IMG/VR virus record: IMGVR_UViG_3300043409_000324
Coordinates: 1-57,917 of that record
Reading direction: 5' to 3' (one strand)
DNA length: 57,917 nt
Origin: a virus
Taxonomy: Duplodnaviria; Caudoviricetes
Shown here: piece after piece, positions 56,232 through 57,917 of the stretch
Position numbering within the stretch: the stretch's first letter is position 1
How the letters are laid out: each line of letters begins with the position of its first letter
Made by a program: the position numbers and the translations under genes
The notes under the pieces: model-generated
Told to the model about the DNA's origin: nothing
Databases searched by the model: none
The model's input: the letters and a program-made list of their open reading frames with translations, nothing else

Positions 56232-56468
56232 TCACAGGGCTTTTCTAGTGCCAATAAAGGTTTTACCTTTAAACAACAGGGCTTCATCATAACATCCCAT
56301 CCACTGCATTGCCTCAGCTTTGCTGAGTGTGTAGTGGGATTTCTTGAATCCGACACCAGTTACTTTGTAACCGAATTTCCTAGCAACTAGTGCCAATGAA
56401 TCGTCTTTGACAGCATAGACAAATGATGCAAGTGATGCAAAGAAAAGTGAAGGGATAATGTATTCCAT
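56232..56468 (-). CDS. N-terminally anchored membrane protein
   Basis: 78 aa, palindromic RBS element upstream. Confidence 0.65.
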   Translation of the reverse strand: MEYIIPSLFFASLASFVYAVKDDSLALVARKFGYKVTGVGFKKSHYTLSKAEAMQWMGCYDEALLFKGKTFIGTRKAL

Positions 56469-56494
56469 GATAGTTCCTTAAGGAAAGTTAAAAA

Positions 56495-56821
56495 TTAATA
56501 ACCACAATTAATTCTGAAAGCTTGGAAAGCTTTTGTAAAATGTTGCTTGTCGTTTGAAACCAGTGCAACAACATCGACCCAGCCAGCTTGTTCCATAGCA
56601 TAGGCTTCATCAGTTTTCTTTTGAATTGCCTTCAAAAGATCTTGGATTATTTTCCGAAGACTCTTGATATCTTCATCAATTACGCCCCTCTTTTTCAAGA
56701 AAGGTTTGACAATGGTATGCCATTTTTCATTGATACCGAAAATGTGATTCCCTTTTTCGGAACAAATCGATTCGGTTAAATCTAAAAACTTGTTGTCAAT
56801 TTTCATCTTCATGTCTTTCAT
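56495..56821 (-). CDS. hypothetical protein, first gene of early arm
   Basis: ~105 aa; several candidate ATGs, all at or inside a long hairpin. Confidence 0.45.
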   Translation of the reverse strand: MKDMKMKIDNKFLDLTESICSEKGNHIFGINEKWHTIVKPFLKKRGVIDEDIKSLRKIIQDLLKAIQKKTDEAYAMEQAGWVDVVALVSNDKQHFTKAFQAFRINCGY

Positions 56822-56895
56822 TTTATAAGAAAGAGAATAAGTTCCCTTTTTCACAAGTTAAAAAGGAACCTTATTCTCATAAAATGAAAGACATG
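56810..56895. repeat. long imperfect inverted repeat
   Basis: CATGTCTTTCATTTTAT/ATAAAATGAAAGACATG (17 bp), GAGAATAAG/CTTATTCTC, TTCC/GGAA, T5/A5. Confidence 0.9.
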
Positions 56896-56918
56896 GGTTC
56901 AGGCGCATGCCCGCAGAT

Positions 56919-56988
56919 CTTCCTATATTTAAACAAAAGAAGATGCCAGCAAAGCTGTCATATCTTTTGTGATTATAAATATAGGAAG
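56919..56988. repeat. second long imperfect inverted repeat (AT-rich)
   Basis: CTTCCTATATTTA/TAAATATAGGAAG, CAAAAGA/TCTTTTG, CAGC/GCTG. Confidence 0.85.
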
Positions 56989-56999
56989 TCAAGATAGAG

Positions 57000-57113
57000 T
57001 TGTCCACAGTTTGTTCTTGGCTCGGCTTGAGATGTTGTGGATAACTCCAGTGACTGCTGTGGATAACTTTGGATTTTGAAGGCTGTGGATAACTTTGGTT
57101 TTGCTGTTGATAA
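57000..57113. promoter_or_regulatory. cluster of DnaA boxes
   Basis: TGTGGATAA (reverse complement of TTATCCACA) at 57036, 57058 and 57084; one-mismatch boxes at 57000 (TTGTCCACA) and 57105 (TGTTGATAA). Confidence 0.8.
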
Positions 57114-57760
57114 CTATACTGATCGGGGTATAGCTTTAGGGTGGTGGATATACCGACCTTTCTGTCAAGGGGTTATGCCAAAAAAGCATAACCTTTTCCG
57201 GTGGTTTTTAAGGTGGTGAACCGATTTTGAATCAGTATTCAAAGATCTTCTAAGTCCTTGAATTCATTGAAGATATCTTCTTCTTGAGTGAACTGCATTC
57301 TATGTCTTTGATTCACCTAAGATCTGCATCGCATCGCAGGGCTGCTACGGCTGCAGGGCTGGGCGGCAGCGTGGCGGGGCGGGGGCCAGCGGGGGGTGGT
57401 GCGTTATTGTATATGGCCTCGTACAAAAATCAGGAAAATAGAGCCTGTTAACCAAACTCCATTCTTGGCAGCTCCCACACCGTCATAGAAATAATATTTC
57501 ATAACAAAGCTGCAGATGAAACAATCGATCTGCACCGTCAACTACCCAGAGATGTGTACACGCTAGTATAGGAAATGTTCAGTATATTAAACAAAAGGAC
57601 AGATCAACTATGCATATAAAATTGCACAAGGTGCTAGTAGTAGTAACATATATGTTACTGGATAAGAACTGTTCTCATTGAAGTTTCATGCAAACTTAGA
57701 CACCCCTATGGACCATTTGTTAAACAGCTAACATATCTGAACATCCCCTACAGAAAAAGC

Positions 57761-57789
57761 TTGACATTGGTTTCAATATGTGTAAAACT
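57761..57789 (+). promoter_or_regulatory. rightward promoter for the late arm
   Basis: TTGACA-N16-TAAAAC(T), same geometry as the MCP promoter. Confidence 0.55.
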
Positions 57790-57917
57790 ACCCGTACCTG
57801 CACCATGTATGCCTTTATGCATACAGGCGATACGAAACAAAGTATGAGCTACCTTCCGGCTACAGGTAAAGAAATGAGCTTGCAATCGGCTGCTGAAGAG
57901 AAAAGACTCGGAGAGAG

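Noticed and set aside
57036-57115. Repeated CTGTGGATAACT units as a possible mini-CRISPR
   Set aside because: Repeats of ~12 bp with 10-14 bp spacers are far too short, there are no cas genes, and DnaA boxes explain them better.
57145-57168. Minus-strand TTGACA as an additional early promoter
   Set aside because: No -10 hexamer at 16-18 bp spacing.
57635-57659. TAGTAGTAGTAA as possible DnaA-trios
   Set aside because: About 500 bp from the boxes with no adjacent consensus box; it overlaps a simple palindrome (AGTAACATATATGTTACT).
57893-57917. CTGAAGAG...CTC resembling a hammerhead ribozyme core
   Set aside because: The stem is followed by GGAG rather than the required GAAA, and flanking stems could not be built.
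1-57917. Terminal repeats, tRNA genes, phage RNA polymerase, introns or inteins in pol/nrdA/terL, alternative genetic code
   Set aside because: None seen: the ends share no obvious repeat, core genes are uninterrupted and of normal length, and standard-code ORFs tile the genome.

Overview
The window looks like an apparently complete (circularly permuted) ~58 kb dsDNA tailed phage genome of podovirus type. Spanin genes imply a Gram-negative host. The + strand arm (330-35142) carries small basic proteins, terminase, portal, scaffold, an HMO-2011-like major capsid protein, tail tube, fibre, Gly-rich and LamG proteins, an extended lysis cassette (embedded Rz/Rz1, GH19 endolysin) and large ejection proteins. 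The - strand arm (56821-35125) carries many small early genes, an ADP-ribosylglycohydrolase, a tyrosine integrase, T7-like primase-helicase, DNA polymerase A, SSB and exonuclease, ThyX and NrdAB. No RNA polymerase, repressor, tRNA or CRISPR array was seen. Most notable unexplained signals: (1) a [FYML]-A-x-G-G-hydrophobic peptide tag repeated in five unrelated late proteins, one of which is almost a pure tag concatemer; (2) a candidate virion-delivered ADP-ribosyltransferase paired with an early ADP-ribosylhydrolase; (3) a cluster of consensus host DnaA boxes beside two long hairpins where the two arms diverge; (4) a palindromic TTCCT-N2/3-AGGAA element enclosing the ribosome-binding site of nine early genes; (5) a boxA-like element followed by a pseudoknotted ~200-nt RNA in the early leader; (6) apparent CCWGG avoidance. 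All calls come from reading the sequence by eye; no searches or folding programs were run.
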